NCBI GenBank assembly: GCA_038087875.1
Contig: JAXLNO010005352.1
Span: forward strand, 1-64,000
Direction of reading: 5' to 3'
Source: Malacoraja senta
Lineage: Eukaryota
Length of the DNA: 64,000 bases
Position 1 is the first letter of the stretch, and the number at the start of each line of letters is the position of its first letter. Below are positions 62,132 to 64,000 of the stretch, one piece after another. The notes beneath the pieces were generated by a model. The model ran no database searches. It saw only the letters and a program-made list of their open reading frames with translations, and was not told the DNA's origin. The translations under genes and the position numbers were made by a program.

Positions 62132-62399
62132 CAGTCCGTGTACAAGATGGCGGTCGGAGGGGAGAGTGGACGCTGGCGCGAATTGGTCGCCGCTGCTCTC
62201 TCCTCAAATTGTGTTTCTTATTTTCTTTTGGTGCTTTTGAAATTGAATTCTGTCCTTGATTTGTGTACTGTGGTGTTTTTTTATTTAATTTATTCCGATT
62301 ATGTGTTTTTTGTTTTGTTGTGATTCTATGCATTGTAAGGTGTCCTTGGGTTTTAGAAAGGCGCCAGTAAATAAAATGATTATTATTATTATTATTATT
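62099..62399 (+). mobile_element. Short non-autonomous retroelement with L2-type 3' tail
   Basis: (TGTGCC)5 head, CAAGATGGCGG, T-rich body, GTAAGGTGTCCTTGGG...GAAAGGCGCC...AATAAA plus (TTA)n tail; 7-bp TSD ATGATCC. Confidence 0.7.
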
Positions 62400-64000
62400 A
62401 TGATCCAATCATTATTTCCCTCTCTATAACATATTTTAAATGTACTAAAAATTGAAGCTTACACAAATGAAACAACACAGCCGTGCAAGCATGCTGCTTA
62501 ATCAATTACAACGCAGAAGAAATAATCATCTGAATGAAGTCACAACTAGACTCTTAAAGCACTTTATCTTGATCGTATCAATATGCTATCCAAATACCAT
62601 GATGTTTCTACATTATTTTTCACGCACAAGTTTCTCCAAATCCAGCCCTCGATATTCAGATTGTTTTATTACTAGGTCCGACAGATCTGCTGTAGATGGG
62701 AAAGCAGTGATCAGTGTCACAGAGCCTAGTTGCATGAAATTATTCAAGATTAGTGGCACGTGTTATCACTGTGTAACTGATCGGGGAATGTACAGCACTG
62801 AAACAGGACATTAAATCTGCAGCATTGAAATAGGCCAAATGACCCAACTGGTCCATGCCAATATTTCCAAATCTCCACCTTCAAATTCCTGTGTTATACA
62901 AATCAAAAATGACTAAAATGTTCAAACATACATCAAAGCTGCAGGAATCAGTCTTCTGGCTATAAAATGTAATGATAGGTAATCAGACAACCTTACCCAT
63001 TGTTTCCAAAGCTCAAGTATTTTTCATAATCTTTGATTAATTTGCTTGTGGAATGCAATAGTTTGACTGTAATATTACAAGAATTTCCCTTTAATCCCCC
63101 ATCTTTCCCCTGTTCCCTTCCACCTTTATCCTCTCTCTACTTTACATTTCACTCCTCTTCCTCCCATATGTGGCACCTTTCTCTCCATTTCTCCTCTAAC
63201 ATTTGTCACTATCTCCACCTATCTGCCCATCAACCCTCCTTGCCTGTGTCCACCTGTCACTTGCCAAACTTGCCCCACAGCTCAACTCTCTCCTACCAAA
63301 TATCTCCCCTCTACTCCATTAGTCCGAAGAAGGGTACTGACCCAAAGTGTCATCTGTCATTTCCCTCTACATATGCTGCCTGCCTCGCTGCGTTCCTCCA
63401 GCCTTTTGTTTTTTGCTCAAGGTTCCAGCATCTACAGATCCTAGTTTCACCAATTTCCTTTTCCAGTCCTTGAGGCGGCTGCAAAAACAACTTAGGTGGT
63501 GGAAGGGGGTGGAAGGGGGTCTGTGGATGTTCCTACCCCAGTTCCTTTGGGAAAGTACTCCTTTTTTGTTCCGTGCCCTGTTTTTGGTTCAAATTACATC
63601 GTGTGTACACACCAGCTGTGGGACTGTATTCATGAATATGTCTATTATTTTGTGACACAGCTCTGCTTAATATTGCTCCATTCAGGTGATAGAAATCAAG
63701 ACATTTTGTGTTGTATTTTACCATTGCTATCAACAAATTGGAAGGCCTTGATGGAAGCTGCCTCCATTTTCCTTCTGCAGTCTTCATATGTCATATGTCA
63801 AAGATAGACAGAAAAAGCTGGATTAACTTAGTGGGTCATGCAGCATCTCTGGAGAAAAGGAATAGGTCGGATTGAGATCTTTCTCCAGACTGAGAGTCAT
63901 GGGAAAGGGAAACAAGAGAGATAGACGGTGATATTGAGAGATATAGAACAAAATATATGCAAAAATGTAACAATGATAAAGGAAACAGGCCATTATTAGT

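Overview
Vertebrate genomic DNA. The repeat landscape (HE1/V-SINE-like SINEs, CR1, Rex1/Babar, Penelope-like elements) points to a cartilaginous fish, probably a skate or ray. The window holds the conserved CCPG1 / PIERCE2 (C15orf65) / DNAAF4 (DYX1C1) locus. (1) The 5' half of CCPG1 is on the minus strand: five coding exons at 4128-19186, with the gene continuing past the left edge. (2) A CpG-island bidirectional promoter lies at about 26.9-27.7 kb. (3) An intronless plus-strand PIERCE2 ORF (27678-28640, 320 aa) has an unusually long N-terminal extension of about 12 degenerate acidic/Cys repeats and an RVxF motif. (4) A complete 9-coding-exon DNAAF4 is on the minus strand (34470-48392, 425 aa). 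Introns and intergenic DNA are rich in transposons: a full-length Passport-like Tc1 element with an open transposase, a Harbinger-like MITE nested in a Penelope-like element, many Penelope terminal repeats carrying minimal hammerhead-ribozyme motifs, an unclassified TIR element, L1/L2/CR1/Rex1 fragments, bipartite non-autonomous retroelements, a local duplication with empty and filled insertion sites, and template-switch scars. All homology calls are from recognition of the sequence, not from database searches.
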